From contig MNXJ01000071.1 in assembly GCA_001872455.1 (NCBI GenBank), positions 55,830 through 119,829 on the forward strand: a stretch of DNA of 64,000 bases, written 5' to 3'. The DNA is from Anaerolineae bacterium CG2_30_57_67 (GTDB lineage Bacteria; Chloroflexota; Anaerolineae; Anaerolineales; Villigracilaceae). Shown here in pieces: positions 9,175 through 17,117 of the stretch (the first letter of the stretch is position 1; each line of letters begins with the position of its first letter). The position numbers and the translations under genes are program-made. The notes below the pieces were generated by a model, which made no database searches, was not told where the DNA came from, and was given only the letters and a program-made list of their open reading frames with translations.

Positions 9175-12100
9175 CTAAAGATTGTAGACTTTCACTTCTC
9201 CATCAACTTGTAAAAAAAACAGCCGGGTTTTGGGGCAAAAGCCAAGTTGGGCAGTAACAGCGGCGGCATAACGCGCCACTTGATGATCGTACCGTTCGCG
9301 ACGGATGGTGGATTGCGCTTCGGATTCGCTGCGGACATCGTCCGTCTTGAAGTCAATGATGAACCAACCTGCTTCGGTGTGGTAGAGCAAATCCATGATG
9401 CCGCGCTCGTCAGGTAAATCATAGCGGACTTCGTGGTGACGTTCGGCGGAGTCGAGTTCGGCAAAAAGGGGATGTGCGCGCAAGCGTTCCAACAGGCGGC
9501 GGGATTCTTGAATGGCGGCGTAGATTTCTTTGGGGTCGGTCAATCCAGATTCGAGCGCAAAGGGTTTCAGAAAATTATCAAAGTCATCATCGGGGAAATG
9601 CCAGCGGCGGATGGCTTCGTGGACGAGGCGTCCCACCAGCCAGGCGGGGGCGCGCGCGGTCTTGGTTTTCGAGACGATGCGCCAGACGCGCTGGGGTGGG
9701 TCGGATTCGTTGGCGCGGAGTTTCGCATCGCGGTCGGCGAGGGGAATGTTTGGGGCGAGGGGCGGGAGGATATCAGAACTCACCCCCAGCCCCTCTCCCT
9801 TTAGGAGAGGGGAGTCTGTCGAAACAGAATCAGGCTGAGGCGCGGAAGGAACGTCCGCTGGGGAGGAGGAATAGATCGAGGCGGAGATTCCGTCTGGGAG
9901 CAGGAAATGCTCGGGCGTAGACATCTCCACCTGTGCCTGCGGCACTGGCGCAGGCAAAAAAGAGAACTTGGAAAGCCAACCTGAAAGAGAGAACGTGCCG
10001 TCTTTTTTGAGTTTGACGTGACCGCTGACGATGAGTTTTTCTTTGGCACGGGTCGCGGCGACGTAAAGCAGGCGGTTGTCCTCGGCTTCGGCGCGGTCGT
10101 CTTCGAGGCGGGCGGCAAGTTGCCAGGCGGTGGAATGGAAGTCGTCATCGCGCAGATCAAGCAGGAGGTTGTTCGTGAGTTGGATTTTTGCGCCCGCGCC
10201 GCGATGTTCATAAGCCGCGTCAGCCAGGACGGTGAGGGGGAATTCGAGACCTTTGGCTTTGTGAACGGTCATCAGTTGAACGGCACCCGCACTGGCGGAA
10301 TCGGCGGGGGCTTCGCCTTCGCGCAGGCCGACATCACGCAAGGTTTTAACGTAGGCGAGAAAGTCGGTCAGGCTGACGAGGCGCGAGCGGTGCGCGTCGG
10401 CGAGTAATTTTTCCACGTTGCGGATCATGCGCGCGCCGTTTGGGCTAGAGGCGAGGATGGCACGGTAGTGGGTAAGGTCGAGCAGGCGTTTGAGGATAGC
10501 GGCGGCGGGAGCGCGGGAGGACAAATCATGAAGCTCGGTGAGGATGGATAAATTATGAATTAGGAATGATGAATTAGGAATTGAATTACGGAGGCTGTCA
10601 ATAATTTTAGCAGGAGTACTTGATTGATTGGGAAAGCGCAATTTGTAGATTTCCGCGTCGGGAAGAGCGAAGGCGGGGGAGCGGAGCAGGCCGACGAGGG
10701 CGAGGTCATCGGTGGGGTCGGCGATGGCGGTGAGGATGTTGAGCAGGTCGCGGATTTCGGGACGGTCGTAGAAGCCGCGTCCCGCCACGGTGACGAAGGG
10801 AATGTCCGCCGCTTCGAGCGCGTCTTCGTAGACGGGGAAGGCGGTGGAGGAGCGGAAGAGCAAAGCCATGTCGCCCCAGTCAAAGCCTTCGTTTTGATGG
10901 AGTTCGCGCAGACGGCGGGCAAGGGCTTGCGCGGATGCGGCGCGTCCTTCGTCTGCGGATTCTCCCATGCCAAGATGAAATTCGATGAAGGGCGGTTGGA
11001 TGTTTTCGCGTTTTGGATTCTGACGATAGGCGTGCAATGGCGCGAAGGGAACGGCATAGGGACGCGCGGGGTCATCAGTCTCGCCGAGGATGGGAGCCAG
11101 CAGGGAGTTAAGCGAATCGAGCAGAGGTTTGTGCGCGCGGAAGGTCAGGTCGAGGTCAATCAGTTCGCCGCCAGAAGATTGGATGTCGGCTTGAACCTGG
11201 CGGAAGACGGTCACATCGGCGGAGCGAAATTTGTAGATAGATTGTTTGGAGTCGCCCACGATGAAGAGGTCAACCCCCACCATCATCCCCAGCCCTTCTC
11301 CCGAGGGGAGAAGGGAGTCTGCTCCCTCTACCTTAGGGAGAGGGTTTGGGTGAGGGGAAAATCCCGTCAACGCGTAGACGATTTGTCTTTGGCGGTCATT
11401 GGTGTCCTGAAATTCATCCACGAGTACGGCGCGTAATTCAGATTGGAGTTCGGCGCGGACGTTGGGGTACGCCGTCAGTAATTGCGCGGTGAGACCTTCG
11501 AGATCATCGAAGTCGAGGGATTGACGTTCGTTCTTGCGTCGTTGATATTCGAGTTGCGTTTGGTCAAGCAGGCGGTGGATGGCGGGGAGATGCGCGGCCA
11601 GTTGTTCGTCCAGCGCGAAGCGGGATTTCTCGGCGAGGAATTTGAGATGTTCATCGTAAATTTCACGCAAAGCTTTCATCGCGTCGCGGATGGTTTCGAT
11701 ATCAGCATCAGCCCAGTTGCTTTTTTGTCCCTGCGTGGAGATGGCTTTGCGAAGCGCTGTGAGACTCAAAAGAACGGCGTCCCAGCTTTGCGCGGCGCGA
11801 GATTGTTGGATTTCATCCCATTTTACAAGAACGGCTTGGCGAGCAAGTTCAAGTTTGTCTTCGGGAGAGGTTGATTGCAAGGATGCGAGATTGGATAATG
11901 CATCAACCCAAGTTTGAGCATCGAGATACGTGGCAAGATAAGAGGAAAGAGCAAGTTCAAAACTTGTACACGGATTTGACGGATTACGCGGATTCTCACG
12001 GATTTCTTTTTTGTTTTTTCCGTGCAACTCCGTGAAATCCGTGTCATCCGTGTACAAAGATTTTACATCCAACCGACGGCTCATCAACGCGTTGAGAATT

Positions 12101-12633
12101 TGTCGCAATTCGTTTTCTTTGAAGATGCCAAACAGCGCGGAGGATGACTCATCGGTAGAAGCCCACGCCAGCGCTGCCTCAATCGCTTCGGCTTGCAACG
12201 CGGCGGACAGTCCCTCTTCGAGAACTTCAAACTGGGGGTCGAGTCCAGCCTCAGCGGGATGGGAGCGGAGAATTTCGGCGCAGAGGGAGTGGATCGTTCC
12301 AATGCGGGCGGAATCAATATTCTTCATCATCCCCAGCCCTTCCCCCGAAAGGGGAAGGGAGTCATCTGTCCCATCTCCCTTTGGGAGATGGGTAGGGTGA
12401 TGGGAAAGCGCGCTGCGAATCCGCGAGCGCATTTCCCGCGCGGCTTTTTCGGTGAAGGTGATGGCGAGGATGGAGCGGATGAGATAGCCCTGTTCCAGCA
12501 AATGCAAATAACGCCCTACCAGCGAAAGTGTCTTGCCGGAACCCGCGCCCGCCGTGACTGCGATAGCACGCGCCGAATCCGTGACGGCTTGTTGCTGGTT
12601 GCCTTTGAAGGAGAAGTGGGTGAATAAAGTCAT
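9175..12633 (-). CDS. UvrD/AddA-like ATP-dependent helicase with C-terminal PD-(D/E)XK nuclease domain
   Basis: Walker A AGAGSGKT, motif II VDEFQDT, motif III VGDSKQSIYKFRSA, C-terminal IIDFKTD...QVARY nuclease motifs. Carries four in-frame repeat insertions. Confidence 0.85.
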   Translation of the reverse strand: MTLFTHFSFKGNQQQAVTDSARAIAVTAGAGSGKTLSLVGRYLHLLEQGYLIRSILAITFTEKAAREMRSRIRSALSHHPTHLPKGDGTDDSLPLSGEGLGMMKNIDSARIGTIHSLCAEILRSHPAEAGLDPQFEVLEEGLSAALQAEAIEAALAWASTDESSSALFGIFKENELRQILNALMSRRLDVKSLYTDDTDFTELHGKNKKEIRENPRNPSNPCTSFELALSSYLATYLDAQTWVDALSNLASLQSTSPEDKLELARQAVLVKWDEIQQSRAAQSWDAVLLSLTALRKAISTQGQKSNWADADIETIRDAMKALREIYDEHLKFLAEKSRFALDEQLAAHLPAIHRLLDQTQLEYQRRKNERQSLDFDDLEGLTAQLLTAYPNVRAELQSELRAVLVDEFQDTNDRQRQIVYALTGFSPHPNPLPKVEGADSLLPSGEGLGMMVGVDLFIVGDSKQSIYKFRSADVTVFRQVQADIQSSGGELIDLDLTFRAHKPLLDSLNSLLAPILGETDDPARPYAVPFAPLHAYRQNPKRENIQPPFIEFHLGMGESADEGRAASAQALARRLRELHQNEGFDWGDMALLFRSSTAFPVYEDALEAADIPFVTVAGRGFYDRPEIRDLLNILTAIADPTDDLALVGLLRSPAFALPDAEIYKLRFPNQSSTPAKIIDSLRNSIPNSSFLIHNLSILTELHDLSSRAPAAAILKRLLDLTHYRAILASSPNGARMIRNVEKLLADAHRSRLVSLTDFLAYVKTLRDVGLREGEAPADSASAGAVQLMTVHKAKGLEFPLTVLADAAYEHRGAGAKIQLTNNLLLDLRDDDFHSTAWQLAARLEDDRAEAEDNRLLYVAATRAKEKLIVSGHVKLKKDGTFSLSGWLSKFSFLPAPVPQAQVEMSTPEHFLLPDGISASIYSSSPADVPSAPQPDSVSTDSPLLKGEGLGVSSDILPPLAPNIPLADRDAKLRANESDPPQRVWRIVSKTKTARAPAWLVGRLVHEAIRRWHFPDDDFDNFLKPFALESGLTDPKEIYAAIQESRRLLERLRAHPLFAELDSAERHHEVRYDLPDERGIMDLLYHTEAGWFIIDFKTDDVRSESEAQSTIRRERYDHQVARYAAAVTAQLGFCPKTRLFFLQVDGEVKVYNL
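9781..9816 (-). repeat. in-frame half palindromic element (36 nt) inside helicase
   Basis: Hairpin CCCCTCTCC-CTTTA-GGAGAGGGG. Encodes DSPLLKGEGLGV. Confidence 0.7.
11281..11355 (-). repeat. in-frame double-hairpin palindromic element (75 nt) inside helicase
   Basis: Hairpins CCCTTCTCCC-GAG-GGGAGAAGGG and CCCTCT(A)CC-TTA-GGGAGAGGG. Encodes PHPNPLPKVEGADSLLPSGEGLGMM. Confidence 0.75.
11966..12055 (-). repeat. in-frame 90-nt MITE-like element inside helicase
   Basis: Perfect 10-bp terminal inverted repeats GTACACGGAT/ATCCGTGTAC and internal CGGAT/ATCCG repeats. Encodes ...TDDTDFTELHGKNKKEIRENPRNPSNPC... Confidence 0.75.
12325..12402 (-). repeat. in-frame double-hairpin palindromic element (78 nt) inside helicase
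   Basis: Hairpins CCCTTCCCC-GAAA-GGGGAAGGG and CCCATCTCCC-TTTG-GGAGATGGG. Encodes HHPTHLPKGDGTDDSLPLSGEGLGMM. Confidence 0.75.
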
Positions 12634-12667
12634 CAGTCAGTGGGAGAATAAATTCCCCGCCCTCAGT

Positions 12668-12719
12668 CCATGGAAGTCCGCTTCAGCGGACTCGCGCAGT
12701 CAGCCCGCAGGGCTTCCAT
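12668..12719. repeat. small structured repeat (GAAGTCCGC-N4-GCGGAC type), copy 1
   Basis: About 80 percent identical by eye to 26251-26300. Nested stems GTCCGC/GCGGAC and TGGAAG/CTTCCA. Confidence 0.55.
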
Positions 12720-12809
12720 AGCGGCAAGAAGAAAAAGCATTGCCTCAAGAACAATGTATTAGAGTTGTTCCCGAATAGCAAATTTACCGTAATGTACCGC
12801 TTGGAGGAT

Positions 12810-12940
12810 GTCATTGCGAGGAGCGCGCTCTCCGCGGCGACGTGTGCCACGCAGTGGTACGCAATCTCCGATAAAAGGGGGGATTGCTTCGCCACACCTG
12901 CCCTGGCGGGCGGTGTCAGGGAAGTGCGGCTCGTAATGAC
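12810..12940. repeat. 131-nt MITE-like element (GTCATTGCGAG termini)
   Basis: Terminal inverted repeats GTCATTGCGAG / CTCGTAATGAC with 1 mismatch. Internal hairpin GCAATCTCC...GGGGATTGC. Confidence 0.55.
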
Positions 12941-13006
12941 ATTTTTGAGTGGATTTAAGGACAAACAACTATTAGGGAACAGGCCTACTGTTTCGTTAGC
13001 AGTTTC

Positions 13007-13058
13007 GGAGTCCAAAGTCTCCCGACGTTGGCGCCAAAATCTGGAGACTTTGGACTCC
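13007..13058. repeat. perfect 16-bp stem hairpin repeat (GGAGTCCAAAGTCTCC family)
   Basis: GGAGTCCAAAGTCTCC, 20-nt loop, GGAGACTTTGGACTCC. A related copy is at 37519-37572. Confidence 0.65.
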
Positions 13059-13094
13059 TTATCTAAACAGTATTGGTACTACGAGCCACAATTC

Positions 13095-13769
13095 CTATGG
13101 CACAGAAGTGGCGTCTGCGGCCAGAGGTGTTCCGGCGTATAGCGTTGGTCCGTTATCTGGCACGTCAGAGGGACGGCCAAGCGGCATAAGCGGGCGGTTG
13201 ATGCTGGATTGCCCGCCTTGCGCCTGCAGCATTTGGCGCAGGATGGCGTTGTCCCACACGCCGCCGCCGAGGATGTCGTTGCCTTTGGCTTCACCGTTTT
13301 TCCGCTGCGAACCGGCCAGCATCCCAGCGTAACTGCTCAAGTCCATGTTTTGCGTGGCCTTAATCACATCGGCATAGTGGCAGGTGGTGCAGGCGGACGC
13401 GCCGTTGTACCAGATGTTGGCCTCCACAAACAGGCGTTGCACGTCATCGCCAAAAGTGGCAGCGCAGGTGCGGCCTTGCAGGTCAGTAAAATTAAATGGG
13501 TCGGTTTCGGGGCTGCCAGCGCTGACCCACGCGCCAATTAATTCAACCGCAGTAATCTGGCATTTGACCGCGACCGGGGCGGCCCCCGCGCCAACCTGCG
13601 GTACAGGCAAGGTGGCCGCGATGATGGTGGGGATGGGTGTTATCAGCGGTTCGGCAATGCCGGTGCAAGTATTATTGGTTTGGCATCTTGAAAACACTGC
13701 CAGGGGAAAACCCACTGCCAGCATCAGCAAAATACCAAAAGAAATCAGCAAAATGGTTCTCAGTTTCAT
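13095..13769 (-). CDS. membrane-anchored monoheme c-type cytochrome, last gene of the ACIII operon
   Basis: N-terminal TM helix and a single CTTCH heme motif. Starts 13 nt downstream of the actE stop on the same strand. Confidence 0.6.
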   Translation of the reverse strand: MKLRTILLISFGILLMLAVGFPLAVFSRCQTNNTCTGIAEPLITPIPTIIAATLPVPQVGAGAAPVAVKCQITAVELIGAWVSAGSPETDPFNFTDLQGRTCAATFGDDVQRLFVEANIWYNGASACTTCHYADVIKATQNMDLSSYAGMLAGSQRKNGEAKGNDILGGGVWDNAILRQMLQAQGGQSSINRPLMPLGRPSDVPDNGPTLYAGTPLAADATSVP

Positions 13770-13782
13770 CAGCAGGCTCTCC

Positions 13783-14319
13783 TTAGGGCTGGGTAGGCGG
13801 GTTGGCTTTAAGCCAACGCACATAATTGACAATATCCCAGCGGTCGCGCACGTTGAAGTTCTCGTTGAGCGCGGGCATATGAATTTGGTTGTTTTCGCCC
13901 AAAATACCGTTGGAAATAGTCAAAAATAGCGCACCATCGGGATCACTTTGCACCACATCACTAATCAGGTTGGCTGGAGGGAAAACCAGCGCGCCGCCGA
14001 TGATACCATTGCCATCGCCGGTTGCGCCGTGACACTGCACACAGTTCTGGCTGAAGAAAATTCGCCCGCGCTCCACGGAAACAGCATCAGCCGGGACGGG
14101 GTTGACCGGCGCGCCCTGACCTGGCAGATAGGCGGCGCCTTCCACCGGGATGGATTGCGCCGCTACCGGTAACGGCGATTCCATCGGCTTGTACGACGGT
14201 TGAATCTCCATGAAGGAAACCCAATCTACTTTGACAACATCGTAAGTAAAAATTAACACCACGCCGAGCAGAAGCCCAACGGCAAGAAAGACCAACAGCA
14301 ATCGTTGCAAGAGACTCAT
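13783..14319 (-). CDS. actE: alternative complex III monoheme cytochrome c subunit ActE
   Basis: TM anchor plus CVQCH...MPA cytochrome c domain. ATGA overlap with actD. Confidence 0.7.
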   Translation of the reverse strand: MSLLQRLLLVFLAVGLLLGVVLIFTYDVVKVDWVSFMEIQPSYKPMESPLPVAAQSIPVEGAAYLPGQGAPVNPVPADAVSVERGRIFFSQNCVQCHGATGDGNGIIGGALVFPPANLISDVVQSDPDGALFLTISNGILGENNQIHMPALNENFNVRDRWDIVNYVRWLKANPPTQP

Positions 14320-14840
14320 AGAACCTCCGCCTGGGCGCGTTTGACAGATTCGGCGCCGAGTTCGTTCATCGCTTTTTCCACGTTTTGTTCCAACGCTCCG
14401 GCGCATTCAATGAGCAGGCCAATGCGCCCATCACTGATTTCTGGTACGTACTGCGTGGGAGTATAGTTGGGAAAGCGGCTATCCAGAAAGACGCCCAAAA
14501 AAGTTCCGAGAAGCATCAGCAGCATAATCATTTCGAACAGCACCACGATGGTGGGCGGGCCGGGGATATGCGCCTGACCGCCGACAACAATTGGGTACAT
14601 GTCGGGCGTTACAAAGGCGAGAAAATACCCCAATCCCAACCCAAGAATGGCGCCGCCCAAAGCAAAACGGGTGACGTTGCTGTGCTGATGTTGGCGCCCC
14701 AGCATGGCCTCGGTAATCGGTGCGCCTGAAATGACGGTGAGATGGTCGTCATGGATGCCGAGAGCGCGCAAGGCGTCCACGGCGCTGGCGGCGGGGTCAA
14801 TGTCTTCAAATATGGCGAGAAGTAGATTTTTTTCTGTCAT
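14316..14840 (-). CDS. actD: alternative complex III subunit ActD (DUF3341)
   Basis: Soluble N-domain plus two TM helices. Position between actC and actE. Confidence 0.7.
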   Translation of the reverse strand: MTEKNLLLAIFEDIDPAASAVDALRALGIHDDHLTVISGAPITEAMLGRQHQHSNVTRFALGGAILGLGLGYFLAFVTPDMYPIVVGGQAHIPGPPTIVVLFEMIMLLMLLGTFLGVFLDSRFPNYTPTQYVPEISDGRIGLLIECAGALEQNVEKAMNELGAESVKRAQAEVL

Positions 14841-14888
14841 TGGTTCTCCTATTCTGAAGTATCAAAGTAAAACTTTCCGTACTCCAGA

Positions 14889-16337
14889 TTATTCCAAATC
14901 AGCCACCGAAACTACCGGCTCTTTGCCATATTTACGGATGGAGTGCGCCATCTGGCCTTCCTGCACTTCCCAGACCGGCACGAGCGGAATGAGCCGCGAG
15001 GCAATCATATAGAGCAGGATGAAAAACGCGATTGAGCCGATGAAAATCGGAATTTCAACGCCAAATTTGATGCCTTGCCCCCACATGAAGGGCATGCGGT
15101 TAATTTGCAGGGAAACCGGAATGATAATGAAACGCTCTGCCCACATGCCCACGTTGGCGAGCAAGCCCACTGTGAATAAAATCCACGGATTGCGCCGCCA
15201 GTTTTTATTCCACAGCACCAGCCAGGGGATGGCAATATTGGTAATCAACATCATCAGCCAAACCCAACCAGCGGGGCCGGCTTCATGGAAGTGCAGCAGG
15301 GCATCCGTCCACTTATCGCCGCCGTACCACTGCACCATGTAATCGTTGAAAAAGAAATACGCCCAGGCCATCGAAATCACCAGCATCAATTTGCCCAGCG
15401 CGTCAAAATGTTCTTTACGAATAAAGTAATCCATGTTCTTCATCGTGTAGCGCAAGGTGATGACGACCATCGCCACCGCCGAGACACCCGATTGCAGCGC
15501 GCCGACGACGAAGTACGGCCCAAAGATGGTTGAACTCCAGCCGGGACGCATCGCCGCCGCAAAATCCCACGAGACGATGGTGTGCACTGAGAACATGACC
15601 GGCAAAATGGCAAAGGCAAAGATATTGAGCGCAATCCGCAGATGCGTCCATTCTGCTTCGGTGCCGCGCCAGCCGAGGGCCAGGATGCGGTAGAAGGTTT
15701 TGCGCCAGCCGGTTGAGCGGTCGCGCGCCATCGCCAGGTCGGGAATCAGCGGCAGGAAGAGGTACATGGTCGAGGAGAGCAGGTAGGTGTTAATCGCCAG
15801 AAAATCCCACATCAGCGGCGAGTGGAAATTCGTCCACAGTTGGCGTTGATTGGGGAAGGGAAACATCCAGTACGTCAGCCAGACACGCCCCATGTGCGCA
15901 AAAATATGAATACCCGCCTGCACCAGCCCAAAAGTTGTCATCAATTCAGCGGCGCGGGTGAAGGGACGGCGAAACTCCGCCTTGAAAACCCGTAGCAGCG
16001 CCGAGACAAACGTCCCCGCGTGGCTGATGCCAATCCAAAAAACCGTGTGGACCAGGAAGTAACTCCAATACATCGGGCGGTTGACGGTGGCAACGTACAA
16101 ACCTTCGGAAATCATGTAGCCCCAGGCGCCAAACAAGCCAACGGCGACGATTAGCGCCATCAGCGCGGCAATCGCCCAAAACTTCCACGAAGTCGTCAGC
16201 ATTGACTCCATCACCATTGCGTTCATTTCGCCGCGCGGCCTGGGGTCAAGCATCAGATGTTCTTTGCGCAGTTCGGCCTCGTGGTCGAGATGTTCTTCCG
16301 CGTGGGCGCGCGGCAGGGCGCTAGCCGAGATTGCCAT
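14889..16337 (-). CDS. actC: alternative complex III quinol-oxidising membrane subunit ActC (NrfD/PsrC-like)
   Basis: About 10 TM helices in a NrfD-like sequence. Start at ATG 16337 is uncertain. Confidence 0.8.
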   Translation of the reverse strand: MAISASALPRAHAEEHLDHEAELRKEHLMLDPRPRGEMNAMVMESMLTTSWKFWAIAALMALIVAVGLFGAWGYMISEGLYVATVNRPMYWSYFLVHTVFWIGISHAGTFVSALLRVFKAEFRRPFTRAAELMTTFGLVQAGIHIFAHMGRVWLTYWMFPFPNQRQLWTNFHSPLMWDFLAINTYLLSSTMYLFLPLIPDLAMARDRSTGWRKTFYRILALGWRGTEAEWTHLRIALNIFAFAILPVMFSVHTIVSWDFAAAMRPGWSSTIFGPYFVVGALQSGVSAVAMVVITLRYTMKNMDYFIRKEHFDALGKLMLVISMAWAYFFFNDYMVQWYGGDKWTDALLHFHEAGPAGWVWLMMLITNIAIPWLVLWNKNWRRNPWILFTVGLLANVGMWAERFIIIPVSLQINRMPFMWGQGIKFGVEIPIFIGSIAFFILLYMIASRLIPLVPVWEVQEGQMAHSIRKYGKEPVVSVADLE

Positions 16338-17115
16338 GGGAACCTCCAGAGAGATAAGATACGCGCGGCTGCGTGCCGAGTTCTTCCAGCAGGTGAACGG
16401 CGCGCTTGTCTTGCGACAGTTTACTGACGCGGCTTTGCGGGTCATCCAGCCGGCCAAAGATGATGGCGTCTGCCGGGCAGGCCTGAGCGCAGGCGGGGGT
16501 CACGTCGCCGTCCACCACCTCGCGGTTTTCCGATTTGGCCTGGTCTTCGGCTTTGTGAATGCGCTGAATGCAGAAGGTGCATTTTTCCATCACACCGCGA
16601 CGGCGCACGGTCACATCCGGGTTAAATTGGTTGTGCAGCGGGAAAACCAATTTACCGTCCTTGTCGGGGTTGGCGTGAATCGGGTTGATGGCAAAATCGG
16701 CCCAGTTGAAGACACGCACCACATACGGGCAGTTGTTGGCGCAATAGCGCGTGCCGACACAGCGGTTGTACACCTGCAAGTTGAGTTGTTCCGCCTCAGC
16801 GTGGACGGTGGCGAAAACCGGGCAGACCGGCTCACAGGGCGCGGAACCGCACTGCTGACACATCACCGGCTGAAAAGGGGTTGTCTTCACCTCGGGGTAC
16901 TGCCCCTCCCACAGACGTTCCACCCGCATCCAGGCCATTTGCCGCCCGTAGCCAGATTCTTTCTCGCCCACAAACGGGACGTTATTTTCCATCGAGCAGG
17001 CGGCGACACAGGCCTGACAGCCGGTGCAGAGGTCCATATCAATCGCCAGCCCCCAGCGGCCTGCTTCGCCTTCCTTCCACTCGGCTTTAAATTCTGGAAT
17101 TTTTGGACTAGACAT
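16321..17115 (-). CDS. actB: alternative complex III iron-sulfur subunit ActB2 (4Fe-4S ferredoxin-type)
   Basis: Several CxxCxxCxxxC(P) clusters (CTGCQACVAAC, CQQCGSAPCEPVCP, CVGTRYCANNCP, CTFCIQR). Confidence 0.85.
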   Translation of the reverse strand: MSSPKIPEFKAEWKEGEAGRWGLAIDMDLCTGCQACVAACSMENNVPFVGEKESGYGRQMAWMRVERLWEGQYPEVKTTPFQPVMCQQCGSAPCEPVCPVFATVHAEAEQLNLQVYNRCVGTRYCANNCPYVVRVFNWADFAINPIHANPDKDGKLVFPLHNQFNPDVTVRRRGVMEKCTFCIQRIHKAEDQAKSENREVVDGDVTPACAQACPADAIIFGRLDDPQSRVSKLSQDKRAVHLLEELGTQPRVSYLSGGSHGNLG

Positions 17116-17117
17116 GC

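Noticed and set aside
12683-13142. ORFs 12683-13015 (-), 12759-12968 (-) and 12765-13142 (+) in the helicase-ACIII spacer
   Set aside because: They are composed of palindromic repeat sequence in mutually overlapping frames, with no motifs.
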